This document shows positions 14,801 to 29,211 of a stretch of DNA of 64,000 bases, piece after piece (position 1 is the first letter of the stretch; every line of letters begins with the position of its first letter). The translations under genes and the position numbers were made by a program. The notes under the pieces are model-generated. The model ran no database searches. It was given only the letters and a program-made list of their open reading frames with translations, and was not told where the DNA came from. The stretch is from NCBI GenBank assembly GCA_002633005.1, contig NMRA01001015.1:424-64423 (forward strand), in the 5' to 3' direction. The stretch comes from Phoronis australis. Lineage: Eukaryota; Animalia; Phoronida.

Positions 14801-15075
14801 GCTGGGCCAAGTGTAGGCTAATATTACGCAAGTCGTTCCCGAAAATAAATGTTGTAATGAGTTTCTTATTGTAAAGTTTTAGAATTTACAAAAGCAACGA
14901 ATTTTATTGTTTTGCATGCGCGCACCCCAAGGCCGGGGTGGCTCGGGGGGTTCGAACGAAACCCCCATTTGGCGAAGTGGGCAAAAAGGTCCGCCTCTGA
15001 GAGACAAAAAGTCCGGGAAAATGGGACAAAAGTCTACTAAACAAGCGTACCGCACTCCATAGTGGCGCTCCCGTT
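11842..15075. repeat. Direct duplication 11842-13574 / 13576-15075 joined at a single n (probable uncollapsed haplotypes)
   Basis: Near-identical non-coding sequence on both sides of n at 13575. Differs by scattered SNPs and an indel of about 240 bp. Confidence 0.8.
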
Positions 15076-15201
15076 TTTTTTTTTTTTTTTTTTNTTTTTT
15101 TTCTTTATTTTTTTAGTCCGCCCGCTCTTCTGTTAGCAAAATGTCCAGAACGCCGGCAATTAGAGCCCCCCCCCCCATACTGAAGGCTGGGTGCGCGCAT
15201 G
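14915..15201. mobile_element. MITE (TIR CATGCGCGCACCC), 5-bp TSD TTTTG
   Basis: CATGCGCGCACCC...GGGTGCGCGCATG flanked by TTTTG on both sides. Confidence 0.85.
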
Positions 15202-16670
15202 TTTTGTAGCCTCGAGCAAAGTTAATATATGTAATATCAAAATATACCATAAAACAATGACCCCAAAATTGCGTTTTTCGGTAGTAAAAACGACAACGTT
15301 CCCACAACCAACTTTAAAAAATATTTTTGACTGAAAAAGACGGAAAATAAGCTAAACACGCTTAGCGCCCATTGTTACCTTTCGTCGATGGCATGTTTGC
15401 TTAACGACGAAAAAACGTCAAACTTGAGGGAATCGACAGCTTCTTTGAATTATTCACTTTAACCCCCCCCNCCCCTCAACGCACACGGATGGTTCCACAG
15501 CCAGATACATGTGCAAGTGTATATCCAAGAACCACCTGGTTTCTATTTTAAAGACTTGTTCTTCGTTTTAATCAAGGGCTGAAACAACCAGGGTGCTCGT
15601 GAAAACGTGGCTGACATCGCAAATTGCATTATTGATACTGATAGTGTCGTTTTTAAATGCCCTACAAAATTGATCGTACTTAGTGGTCAGAAATAAAAAA
15701 GAGACCACCCTGATCAGTTTGAGAATACCATGGCAACTGACGTAGACTGTTTCTCTGGTTGAATTTATAAATAAACTGGCAACCAGTACCATCAATACTT
15801 CATTTACTTAATGGTAAGTCACTAGACAAGGAAGTTGTTATGGAAAGCTAAGTCATCTGGGGTTGTCAAGGTAGCAAAATTGGTCCAAAAATATACTGGC
15901 GCTGGCATCCTCGCATTGACGTTCAGGTTTCTTCACGAAATGTAAAGCAGAGGTAATGATGGATAAAAGGGCAGGATGTGAGTTATAGGTCTGCAACTCG
16001 ATCTCAGAGTTTTGGGGTATAAAAACACTATGATAGCAGCCCTTCTATATTTCAACTACCTTGCCATTTGATGAATAGTGCCAATACAATATCAAAAGTA
16101 TAAAACGCCTCAGAAAGCTCTACAGCTCACTACACGTAACAGCTGCCCATTGTATACATAACAATACTTCTAGGCATTAAAGGAGACATATTCAGTAAGC
16201 ATAAATAAAACATCTACCATTCACACAGTAACAAGTGTGGTTTTCAAAAATTAATCCACGACAAAGCTCACTTAACAAGATTCCCTCTAAAAATGGATCC
16301 AAATCGCCTACCGCGGAGATGGAAACTTTTGACTAGAAATTTTTTGCACTGACATGACCATCGCAATAATTTCAGCTTGCACTGAAACCGGAGAAACCTT
16401 TTCAAGATTTGATTCATTATGGCAGTTAATGTAATTATATAGCAAAATATTGTTTTAGAAACAATTCAAAACATGTTATGACTAGAAAGCAACTAAACAG
16501 CCTACAGTCTTTGAATTGCTACAATTCGTCTACATAAAGCTCTGTAAAAATGATAACAAACTCGGGCACATTTATTGACCGGCCGTCAAGACTGGCAAAT
16601 TGACAAAAATGTCGAACTGGCCAATGACTAGACAAACAGCTAAACCCATTGCAATAAACTAACTATAGGT

Positions 16671-19600
16671 TTAACTAACGCCCTCTTTAGCGACACTGAA
16701 TGGTGTTTCAACAGGAAGCGTTCCACTCTTCGCGATAACGACCTCTTTGATTGGACGATCCTCACTGTTGGTTGCTCCAAGTTCAATCTTCTTCACTATA
16801 TCCATGCCTTCAAGAACCTTGCCAAACACCACGTGCCTGCCATTCAACCAGGAGGTCTGGACGCACGTGATGAAAAACTGGCTACCATTGGTATCAGGAC
16901 CTGCCACAGAGTAAGAATAAAAAACGTTGATATGTTTCAGAAACACAAGTTAGACATGTCCTCCATCTAACTTTCAGCCAACATGTTCACCATACTAACA
17001 TTAGTTTCCATTCATAAAAATCAACTCATTTATTTATGATTTTAAGGGGTGTCACTGAATTAATGAAGTGCAGATTCTACATGAATTCTTGAGACACCAG
17101 TTGAATAGAAGAAACCGATAAATCACGCCACCTAGTGGATGGTCACCACCAACACAACTGTAGTCACTCAGGCAGGTGTCAAACGATAGACTAATGACGT
17201 CGTGGTGCGATTTTTCGGTTTCGTCTATTGATTTACCTTTGGCAATTTTGGTTCCTTGCAACCTTTCAGTAGAAACTAGTGACCACCAGGTGGGGTGATG
17301 ATCAAGCTATTCCAAACACTGGAAAACTTGTACCCTCCCTTGTCTCTGTTCATACACTAATCCAAATAGACTGATAGATTCTTTAGCCCCTCCATATAGC
17401 ATTTCACAGCTGTCTTTACACAGTCTAACAGGGAGATAATCGTCTCCTCCACATGCCCCAGACCACACAACTTGGGTAGGAAGCCAAGAACAATGCGAAG
17501 ACGAACACCGTACTTTTCAACCCTGAAGTAGGGTGCCACCTGGGTCAACCGTTGCATTTTGGGAACATTGTCGGGCCACGAGCCCAAGTACTGCCTACTA
17601 AGAAAACATTCTTCAAGGTCAACAACTTTAATCTACAAGTCAACAAAATCTCGAACAGAGACCCCCTGGAAAAATGTACTAAAGAGCAAGTGTCAAGTCT
17701 CGTATCGGAAGACCGACTTTAGATGGACGTTTCTCATTAAAGCTTGCTTTTAAAAACTGAATAACTTAGAGGTGAGGTTCCTAATCTGCACTGTGGGACA
17801 GCAACTTTATGAAGCAAACTGATAGAATCATCTGAAGATAAAGAAAAACGTGGCCTCAGGAGCTGCACAGGGCGAGCAGCCCTGTTCACTATATCAGTCA
17901 CAGAATTTTGTCCATTTCCGATATCTTGGCAATCGATGCTCAGATACAACCGTGTACTGTGTTGATAACTTCCTCAAGGAGGACTTGCTCAGCATGGTGA
18001 TGTAGCTGAGTTTCTATGCCCTTCGTTAAAATAGCCCTGGTCTCAGGTTCCATATAGTTCACTTGCCCTCAATTCACAATAACACATCTTCCATATATTG
18101 TTCTCACAGATAAGACAAGGAAGACACTAGTCGAAGGCTATTATCCAGCACAACTTTAATAGTAAGTTCCATCAATGCGTTAACAAAGAACTGGGAATAA
18201 TCAGAACTCCGTGGGTAAGCAGATGGGACATAGTATGGACTATGATACTTGCCGACATTATTTCCAGGTACAGTCACCGTGGGTCATAGAGATGGGTTAC
18301 ACTCCGCGAGCACAGTGGCGATGGCCCGATTTTACTGAATTCCATGTAAATGCAAACAACCACCAGTGACACTGGACTACCAATTGGCTTCACCAATCTA
18401 AAAACCAGTTACTATGAACTGTGGAGTAGGTAGCAACCAATTCAAACCTTAACAACTGAACAATGTCCCTGGCATCCAGTTCTGAGCTTGTCTCTACTAT
18501 ACTTGATAGCATCTAACCAGAATTGATGCAGTAGAGATCACAGGGAAAATCTCATCGTCCTACACTTTGGTAAAACCTCCCACAAGATGCTTGAGTTCTT
18601 AACATGGTGCTCATTCTGGCCAATAACTGGGTGTAAAATGTCAGGTGATGTTATCAGTCTATGTTAGTTTTGTACACCATGGTGAGGTGCTTAGTGGTAG
18701 TACCATTGACAGTGACCTGAGAACTTTATCAATCAAGAACACCAGGGAAGGTATACATTACCTAGGGAATGCAATAGCCTGATCACCACCCCACCTAGTG
18801 GTCATTAGCTTCTGAAGGTGGCTGCATGCCATACGGCGGCGCCACTGCTAAGGTGTTAAACTCAACTGGTTGTGTTTCAAGAAATCAGTAATTTCATGGT
18901 GACAATCTCTTATTCCTCTTTAGCCAAAACACAGCTTTTGTGCATCAGTAAGTTACATAGGAAAGTTTGGTTAATTACAATTTGTCACATATCCAGCATT
19001 TTAGTATGAATTCATATGAATGGTACGATAGCTTACTGATAAAATTCATATGAATGTCTAATACAGCACTATTTTTCACGCATGGTTTAACACCAGTTGA
19101 GAGAATTGATATGGTTTCTTACCAGTCACAAAATACCAAAAGAGGTTTGACATGAACGAAGCTATGAATGCTAATCAGGCAGATATCAAACTGATTATCA
19201 CTGATATGAAATGACATTTACTAAAATGAAGGGAAGAGAAAGCGTATGCCAAATTCCACAAAGACCTATGGAAGAACGAAGTAGATATAGAGACAGAATG
19301 GGGGGGCCTACATGGAAATGGAAGTTAGGGGACAAAGAATAGATTAAAAAAGTCTGAACCAAGGCAGGAGCTGTTGTCTCTTTCAAGGAAATTTCTTTCT
19401 TACATGTTAATTTGGTAGATATTGAGGTTTACGTAAAAAACTTAAGATTATCGCTAGATGTCACAGTAGTCACAGACTCGTCCCAAAATCAAGGTCATAA
19501 CAACTCTGAACGAAACACAAGAACCCAATTTCATGAAAATCCATCACAAAACTAGGTAAATATTGAGACAGAAGTAAAAAACTAAAGTGCTACTAGGGAG

Positions 19601-22600
19601 CGCTACAGTAGTGATGTTCTTCTCAATAGGAATACATATACCAAATGTCATCTTAATCCTTTGAGGCGGATGCCAAAAACAGACTCAAAAATAACAACAG
19701 GGGCAGAAGAATATGTCGAATCCATCCAAAGTCAAGATGATATTGACATTGTCTTAATAGAGATTTCAAAAGAATCCACCAAGGAATTTGGTTAATACTG
19801 AGCAAATGGAAAAAATAATGTTACTACGGTCATGCAACAGTAGTCAGATTCATTTGAGTCATCATAGTTATCACCTTCATTACATCTGCCAAATTTCACA
19901 AGATAATACCGGGGATACAGCTGCGGACATCCAGACGCGCAGAGCAATATCAGAGAAATCACTCAGGAAAAGTAAGATGGATTGTCAAAAAGCCATCAAT
20001 TTTGACAGTATTTGCTAACCTTTCCAAAACTTTGCTGCTTTATGTCCATTATATGTGATTACCATTAGTGGTACAAACCAACTGCAGTCATGGCAAGGAA
20101 AATAGATATCAGACCATCACAGTTGAGCCTATGTCATGACTTTCATGTTCTGGCCACAAGCAACAATTTTTAGCATTATCAACATAGGTAGGAAGAAAAT
20201 TTCAGTAATAATGAATAAAAATCCAGACAGTATTAACAACAACCCTAAAGCAGCTTGCATCAGAATTGTAAAATGATGCCTAGAACACTAACATTCAGTT
20301 AAATTATGCCTAACCCTCTAACACGGATTTCAGTTCTTACCAGAATAAAAACTGGTTTTCGTTCTTGCAAAGAGCTAAAAAGTTTCAATAACAGCAGGCA
20401 ATATACATCAGGGCTCGATTTGGCGATCTGCAACCTCAGGCTTTGTTTGGGGTGCTGCCTTGGTAAAAATCCCAAGTTACTATGAAGACTCCGGTTTTTG
20501 CAAGTTGCAACCAAGTGAAAACAAGTCAGACAAATATCCATTTTCGCACCTCCACATAAAATTACAGGGTTTACTGTTTTGGTGAGCTCGTTAAACATTT
20601 GGCGACCAGGTCGCATTTGACAAGTTCGCATTATGCTAAGCCACCTAAAATTGAAAGCAAGCACCGTCTTTCACCAAACCACCATAGCTGTCACGTATAC
20701 ACATATTTGAAAGTTATACAATACAAGTTGTTAAGTTAATCATCCATAAACCAACTCAGCGAAAAAAGCTCATCCATTTCCTGATTTTTGTGCAAGTGCA
20801 TATACCAGCGTTTTGGAGACGTAATGGAAAGTTTTCATTTAAAAAAGTTTTAGTAAAATCAGCTGGGGTTATTTTGCTGTGAATGTACCTTTTCTTGTAC
20901 ATGAAAATTTGACTTGAAAAACATGGTCACATGACAATAGTAAAGACATAGTAGTAAGAAGCACGTTATTTAGAATCCTCGATCTTTCTCGTTTCAGAAA
21001 ATAAATACTTTTAATGGTTGACAAAGCATAGTCTTTTCAATTTTTAACTTGAGAGTTGAGGTCGTTTATTAAGGTCCTAGATAAAGTTAAGCCCTATGAG
21101 CAACAGTGCGTGTGCAAAAAGACTGGGATAATGTACAATGTACCAGCATTAGCCATGCTCAGCCATCCCGCGCCGTAGTGAGCCAACTTGAAGTTCTCAT
21201 CATCAAAACGTTCACCAAACACACTATGGCCACCTGTACCATCACCCTTTGTGAAGTCGCCACCTGGAAATGGATAGACAAATAACTGTTGTCATTTTTT
21301 ATTCTAAAATTACACACATATATTTCAAAGCCTGAAGTTCGTAAGTAGCAAATATTGGGAAAAGAACATTGGCTAACGAAAACTGAATTCTAACTGAATT
21401 CTACACTCTGTACTCTTGACTCGAGTAGAAAACTGCCCAATACGGCAAGGCATGCTTCGAGTAAACTGACAAAATTGTAATCCAATAGTGCCATGTGAAT
21501 GGTTAAGTTTAAACCTTGAGTCTGAGTCGAGCCTGAGTTCGGATATTAAGTCCTGGGTCCAGACCATATTTCAATTTCAGTAAATTCCTCTCAAGTTCTA
21601 TTGCTGGCCAAACATCATTTGACTGGATTAGATTTAATTGCTGTCTCCTTTAACTGTCTCAGTGGAATGACGATGGTGAAGTAAAGCGTCATGCAGCATC
21701 CTTCTCACATGTAGACAGTCATATTAGCTTTCAAAGTTAAATCAAACACTTTGTGAATCATGGCTATTTGGTATGTGGATTTTAAACAATCGTCTTAAAC
21801 ACGGCACCCATTCACATCGAGCGAAATGCACTGTCGAGCAACGCCGTTCAATTAGAAATGTTTACTTGGTGTGATATAATATTTAGACATACCAAATTGA
21901 AATCAGATTCTAAATCGAAATTTTGCACATGCAAGTCATCACTTAAAGTTATTTAGAACCCTCAAACAATGGACAAATTTGGCAAAATCTCAAGAAATAC
22001 CTGATAGTATGCAAATGAAGCTTCCATATATCATGGTTTATGCACTGTTTTACAAAATTCTGTTTGGAGTTTTTTAAATTGTCCACTTTTGCAGGAGGAA
22101 CTAACAAAAAACAGGACTTTTATGATTTTTATGAAAAAAACATCAAAAGTTGCATATAACGAAAACAAAATCATAGTTCAGAAAACTGTAAAATACTTTT
22201 TGGGATTTTATATAGAACATTTAAATATCGAATGAATTTTGGTCATGTTATTGATGCGGTAACCGTTATTTTGCTACATATGAACCTTTTTTTGATAACT
22301 TTTACTAACTTAAAAATATTGGTATCAAGTCATAAATCAAATTCAACAGCGCTATTTCCATCACCCATTGGCACACATGATCCCAGCTAGAAATAACAGC
22401 GCTATCTTCCTTCCCCATTGGTACAGATGATCTGGGTTAGAAACATCAGCACTATTTTTCTTCCCCGTTGGTTCACATGATGTGGGGTAGAAATAATACC
22501 ATCTTCTTTCTCAATTTGCTTGTATTGAGGTTCAACCAATTTAAATTGGCACAAAAATATTCTGGTAATAATGGAACTTGTAGTAAGGCCAAGTGTTAAA

Positions 22601-25200
22601 ACATTCTACAACATTATCATACCACCGACAATCTGTATCCACCTCAAATTACCTTGAACCATAAACTGTTTGATGACCCTGTGAAATTTACTACCAGCAT
22701 AGCCAAAGCCTAGATCCCCAGTTGACAGTTTGACAAAGTTGTCCACAGTGCGTGGAACTGTCTTCCTAAACAGACCAAACACAATTCTTCCAGCTGGCTC
22801 GCCACCAATTTCCACGTCAAAGTACACCTTGTCAGTAACTAGGGTATCATCATTAGCTGCCTGTAATAACAGTATTGAAACTATAGAAAGAGCACAATAA
22901 CCACATTGTAAAATACATTCTTCCTGGTCACAATTAAGGTTCTGACACATGCAGTTTCATGAGGAAAGCCAAGGTTTTAGACAATACTTTTACTAAAAAG
23001 AGCACTGTCGTCACATACATCTGAGTTCAAGTTTCATTGCAATCCACCTACCGGTTCTCCAGATATTATTCAGAAATGCTACTTCTCTAAAAAGCACTGA
23101 AAAAGCCCCTTGTTGATAGCAAAACGGCCACTAAGACGTGCTGTAGAGGTTGAATCCACCTCTACGCCAAGTTTCATCGAAATCCGTCGATGAGTTCTCT
23201 AGATATCATCCAGAACCGCTAAGCCCAAAAACCCTAAAAAGCCCCTCCCTTTGACTCTCAGGGGATGAGGCCATTTGAAAAGTAGCATATACCGTTCTAG
23301 GTGGTGACCAACACCCTTGTCCCAAATTTCATCAACATGCGATCAGGGGTTTTTGAGTTACTGAGCGAAGACCTCTCCACCTGGACAGGATGACGACAAT
23401 ACTGCCATCACATGACATATGTGGGTGCACAGAAATACAGATCCATGTTTATTACTGTTTGCAGGGTTGGACTTTCAATCCGTGCAAAAATGGAAAGTGA
23501 AGTATACGACCCAGCAAAAGATCTGCATCTTGGTTCTGTATAATCCACATCCATTCCCAAAACACGAACACACAATAATAGTCAGATACATGGGTCCCTC
23601 CCACAACTTTAAAACTACCCATTAGAAATTAATCAAAAATATCTGACTCGATTCGTCAATCGATACTCTCCAACCAGGTGGTGACAGAATTAAGCTCCAA
23701 CATTTTTTATTTTAATGTATGCTCTCCAATACAACCCTACAGTCGGCCGCCTGCCATCATTTTATAAGTATGCACTGATGGAATGTTATATCTATGAACA
23801 CGTAATTGAGGATTTGCACACACGCATCAACTTGCGAAGCGTTAAGCATCAAGGAACAACTTAAAATAATAATAATTCCTTGAGATGCTGATTGAATTTA
23901 CTGGGTGCGCTAATTCAGTGCCTCGGAAAAGGAAATACATGTGGTAGGGATCCCAAAAGTAGTGAAATAACTCAATTTTACGCCATGATTATGCATTTGG
24001 GAAAGCTTCATTACCATCAACTGATTCAATTACTAGTAATTGGTGAAGTGCAAAATTAAGCATATTTAACCAACCAAGTTGTTGCATCCCGTCCACTGAC
24101 ATCGCTGAAAGCTTTGTCAAGCGAATATCACAAAACGAATGTAATTGACCAATTTGTTGGATAAATAGTCAACTCGAGCTTTTGGGTGGGAATGACAACT
24201 TTGCCCATACTCAGTATGGCTGAAGCACCAGAATATTTGTAGGGAGGTGGCCAGTCATTACTTTGATATTAGTAAGCCCAATAATGGGCCTGTTTTTGTT
24301 TCTTTTTATGTTTTATACTTTTTATTTAATATTTTTGATATTTCATCATTTTCCTTAAACTTTTTATAATATTTTATCATTTTCCTTTCCGGTGTTACCG
24401 CACTGCCTCTCACACCACATGATATCGTCCAGCTACAAGGTAACCCGGCAGATGCTCGCTGATTAACACGCTCATCGCCATCAATTATCTCTTAACATTT
24501 TTCAGTACATTTAAAAAATATGCATAGTTTGTGTGGCTGCCAGTCACAGGGTTGACAAAACTGCGAAAGTCACCACGTGTGATCAATGTAGGGTGGGTTC
24601 AATAAACGACCTCTACTCTTAGTCAAATATCTGCCTTTCCATCTACCGACCAGAGGCAGATGGTTGTGGTAATTGTTGCGCCGTCCCACCAACGGCAGGC
24701 AACCAATTCCTTGGGCAGAGCTGTACGTAACCTGAGCCAGCTAGATGCATGAAGATCATCTGGTCAGTTTTTACCCACATCGGCGCATACACCTTTGCAC
24801 CAAGGCTGGGCTATACGCACCAAACCGACTCGGTCTGTGCATAAAGCTCTACCACGGCTAACAAACCTAAAAAACCCGTGTTTTTTGCGAACGCTGAATG
24901 ACGCCTGTTCTTTGGCAACCATGACTGGCGACACTACCACGTTGCCTACAGCCACAGGCTGGAGGTTTGCCTAGGTGGCACAGCACCGGAAGTTTCACGT
25001 GTGCAATATAAACCACTGACCCACGTTGACTTTTCTTTTTAATCAGTGGTAAAAGCGCTGTTGAAATGGAACTCATATTTTAAAATGATCCTGGTAAGAA
25101 CACACTCTTCCAGTCTCGCACGTTGTTCCCAAAGTCATTGACAGTGGAGAGTACTTACAAGTGATACAGCGAAGAGGGTACAAAAAACTAACACCAACAT
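16671..25200 (-). CDS. PPIB: Peptidyl-prolyl cis-trans isomerase B (cyclophilin B), 199 aa (exons 25200-25159, 22860-22653, 21263-21144, 16900-16671)
   Basis: 42+208+120+230 = 600 nt. Signal peptide [14 protein letters not shown]. Motifs [67 protein letters not shown] and a CypB-like C-terminus [16 protein letters not shown] at 16571-16576 on the minus strand. Confidence 0.95.
17085..18885. mobile_element. Decayed element of about 1.8 kb with inverted ends in PPIB intron 3 (possibly DIRS-like)
   Basis: 17281-17313 is the imperfect reverse complement of 18772-18805, and 17088-17105 of 18860-18881. A weak minus-strand peptide (LGFLPKL...[11 protein letters not shown]) is reminiscent of DIRS tyrosine recombinase. 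Confidence 0.35.
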
Positions 25201-27779
25201 CGCCGGGGTCACTCTCGCGGAAAAAAGTATACACAATAGATGGCGTGTGTCACTCTGCTTCACGCAGTAAGAGCAAAGTCCCTGGGATTTTTCCCACCAC
25301 ATGGACGAAATACGCCTGTCGTCTACAGTACATCTACTAATCTAAAAAATGACCCCAGCAAAGCTGAGATTAAACTGGATCTCGTAATTAATTTTATAAA
25401 TGATATTTTATTAATTTGTGAATGACTAGCTCAGTCGTTACCCATCATGTCTCAGTGTTGCGTTCTTATAGTTTTAAGTGACACCCATCAAAGTTCCACT
25501 CACGCTTGATTGTTCCATTAACCCGCCAGGCTGGCAGCCAAGCTTAGTGTTTTAATGCCATTGCCAGTACTGAACTTTGATTAACTTACATCAGGTGATA
25601 TCGATTTGAATTGAATAGGTCTATTAGTTCTCACGTACTCAGCACGGCGAATTATCAGTGACGCCAGGACAAAATTTACGTTAGGAAAATTTGACACGTA
25701 AGCGGAGACGGGTCACTCGGCTGTCGCATTAGTCACGGGAAATCCATGTGCTTGGAAAAAAACAACAATTACTTTCAGAGCTATTGCAAGCAAACCGTTG
25801 GTTACTGAGCATTACAACTAACTCCCTCATTGATTATTTAATTAATGTCACCCCGCCGCCGCGGAAGATCAATACCCGTCGTGAAATTTCCTCAGTAAAG
25901 TCAACTGATCAGCTCTCCTTTCAGTGAAGTCAAAGCCGAAAATAGCATACTTACGAGAGACAGAATCTCCCTCAAACCGGCTCAACACCAAATCTAGTAT
26001 ATAGGCCTACTACACAATTTTTACACTAGCTAACTGCCGGCGTCATCTAAATGCATCACCACTGCACTGGCAATCCCTAACACACCTTTACTTTGTGATT
26101 ATGCTTATCGTTCTCATACATGATGCTCTCATTTGTTTCGTTCATGACGCACTGAAATATTTTTGGGACTCCGAGGCATTTTTGATGTCCTTACACTGAC
26201 GGCACTTGAAAACGGGCACTTTCACTTACACACAAGAAATTAAGTCAGAGAAAACTTTGATAGTTTTTCAAAGATTTTATAAGAAAATTAATTAGAGTTT
26301 AAAATCCGAACAGACAACTTTTAGAGAATTTTTTTCCTTTCCAGCGAACCCCATGTCTAACAAAACAAGCTTTCAGTAGAAGCATGTTGAATACAAAGAA
26401 AATGGTATACGAAATGCTTATTATTAAAAATTGTTCGACTGAAATTAGTGGACCTAAGAGTACGACTATCCCCTCTAATCAAGCTATTTTATATTATTTC
26501 TTATACGTATCCTTTCACATTCCTCTGGTATCATGAATTCATATATTGTCATATCGGTACTCTGTATTAATGAGTTCGAAACTTGTTTGTGATATTTTGT
26601 TTACTATTTGTATTCTTAGTTTTTAGTTTGGTTGTAGACAGTGCGGCATGAAGTTTTACTCATGATCGGGTGACCTTCGTGCAAACGGCCTCGGGGAAGC
26701 TTTTTGAAGGTTTGACTAGTCTTTAGCCTGCACTGTTGTTCTTTTATGCAAAATTGGTTGAATACCCGACACGAGTCGTTGTTAACAATCTTTATTCCTT
26801 TCCGTTCGTGTTCGGCTTGGAACCGTGGCAAAGTTCGACACTCAACAGAACATTGGTAAAGCAACTGACCAAGACATTATAAAAGACAAATGATATTTCG
26901 AAACATTTCTTGTTTCATTCTCAGTCAGTATACAACCACAGGGCAAGAGCTGCAAACATACCCTGTGCGGGACACACGGCAGGTGCCTGTGAAATGCTGC
27001 AAAGAATCACAAATGAAGGGGGGTAACAGGAAAGTCACGCAAACAAGTATATAAGAGTGCGGCGCGACCCTGTTGGCTGCTCATTCAAAATAGGCTTCTC
27101 GAATGCAAAGGGACTCCCAACACTTTCAAGCGCAGCACGTGCTCTACGTACCGAATCAACGTGTTTTCCACAATTTCTTGACAGGTGATTTTACGAGAAA
27201 GACAGCAAACCGTTTGACCAATGTAACATTGCTTGACATTTGAACGAAGACATTCAGAGCATTCAAACTCATAAACAACGCTACACTAACGGTCAGACTT
27301 AATGACGAAGTTTTATTACGATAATAAATAATGACATCGACGTAATCATCCGCCTTACAAACTTTAACATTGCCCCTAATGATTTTCTAAATGGCGTGTC
27401 CGTCCAGAGCTAGGTAGTGGATATAACATTTTGCACCTTTTTGGCCAGGTCATACCGCCTGGTCCGACTTTGCAGTGGATTCACAATTAACTCTGGACAG
27501 TAAATCGACCAACGGTCTACAAAAGCATTTGTGTACTCATTATTATTGTTCTCTTACTTATACGTATAAACTGTAATTGCATCATAGCTAAAATAAAAGT
27601 AGGTTTATTCTTTACAGAATCGAGTGTCACTGTGACGCCGGTACCGATTGGCACATTCCATTAACTCATCAACTGACTTTAGTGCACTAATAAAACGGAG
27701 TGAAATTTAAGTGGCCTGTACTTTTTACACCCCTCCTTAAGATGAAGGAAAATACTTGCTCAGGTGCTCAATGTACTAT

Positions 27780-28610
27780 CATAGGCGGATTTAGGGGGGG
27801 GCCCNNNNNNNNNNNNNNNNNNNNNNNNNNNNNNNNNNNNNNNNNNNNNNNNNNNNNNNNNNNNNNNNNNNNNNNNNNNNNNNNNNNNNNNNNNNNNNNN
27901 NNNNNNNNNNNNNNNNNNNNNNNNNNNNNNNNNNNNNNNNNNNNNNNNNNNNNNNNNNNNNNNNNNNNNNNNNNNNNNNNNNNNNNNNNNNNNNNNNNNN
28001 NNNNNNNNNNNNNNNNNNNNNNNNNNNNNNNNNNNNNNNNNNNNNNNNNNNNNNNNNNNNNNNNNNNNNNNNNNNNNNNNNNNNNNNNNNNNNNNNNNNN
28101 NNNNNNNNNNNNNNNNNNNNNNNNNNNNNNNNNNNNNNNNNNNNNNNNNNNNNNNNNNNNNNNNNNNNNNNNNNNNNNNNNNNNNNNNNNNNNNNNNNNN
28201 NNNNNNNNNNNNNNNNNNNNNNNNNNNNNNNNNNNNNNNNNNNNNNNNNNNNNNNNNNNNNNNNNNNNNNNNNNNNNNNNNNNNNNNNNNNNNNNNNNNN
28301 NNNNNNNNNNNNNNNNNNNNNNNNNNNNNNNNNNNNNNNNNNNNNNNNNNNNNNNNNNNNNNNNNNNNNNNNNNNNNNNNNNNNNNNNNNNNNNNNNNNN
28401 NNNNNNNNNNNNNNNNNNNNNNNNNNNNNNNNNNNNNNNNNNNNNNNNNNNNNNNNNNNNNNNNNNNNNNNNNNNNNNNNNNNNNNNNNNNNNNNNNNNN
28501 NNNNNNNNNNNNNNNNNNNNNGCATCTATAATCGTGGTTCAGTTTGCGCAAATGCTTACAGCCGGACAAAATTTGGGCCCCCCCCTTGTGATATCCTAGA
28601 TCCGCCGCTG
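27780..28610. mobile_element. MITE (CA(T/G)xGGCGGAT termini), 5-bp TSD ACTAT, spanning the assembly gap
   Basis: CATAGGCGGATTTAG...CTAGATCCGCCGCTG with ACTAT on both sides. Confidence 0.7.
27805..28521. other. Assembly gap (N run)
   Basis: Run of n; the ORFs called across it are artefacts. Confidence 1.
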
Positions 28611-29211
28611 ACTATAAAGCTTTACAAACAGCACTAGCACGAGTCAAGATTTTTGGAATATGCATACTGGTCAAAAACGAGCTTCGTTTTATGTGTCCAT
28701 GCCCTGTCCTTGGTGATGAGTGTGGGTCGAAATTTGTTGACAAATATGGCAGATGATGCCAGAGTAGTATTATATCAAAACCATGATCTTTGCGAATAAA
28801 AGAGTCAGGCGGCTATATTTTTCAGAGCAACGGGTGCTGCATAAGCGAGAGCTGAAACCCGGTCGTAGTAAAGTTGAGCCAAGGGCAACATTGATTTTAG
28901 ATTCAGACAAAATAAACTATATCTAGCTTGGTGCCGCTTTCGCATGGGCAGTAACAGGGTCTGTGTAAACCCCGGTTGGAGGCTTGCCCGGCCCGGCAGC
29001 CGGTGTCCCGGTACCGGATTTCGACACTCGTTGTATGATATTCTAAACTCTCATGCGGTTGCCCACCATGCATTATGTTGCATCCGGGTAGTCGGCTCAG
29101 TCCTCATGTTTGTGGTTTCTGGCAGCAAAGCAATATTGCCACGTAGACAAGAGAGGCATCCACACGCACTGAACTGACACTCGAACGGGTTGCTATAATC
29201 GTACTATTAAC

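Noticed and set aside
11842-15075. Direct repeat of 1.5-1.7 kb considered as an LTR pair or segmental duplication
   Set aside because: No PBS, PPT or internal region; joined at n inside a MITE poly-T; consistent with uncollapsed alleles.
27700-28599. Long ORFs of 244-299 aa
   Set aside because: Almost entirely N gap.
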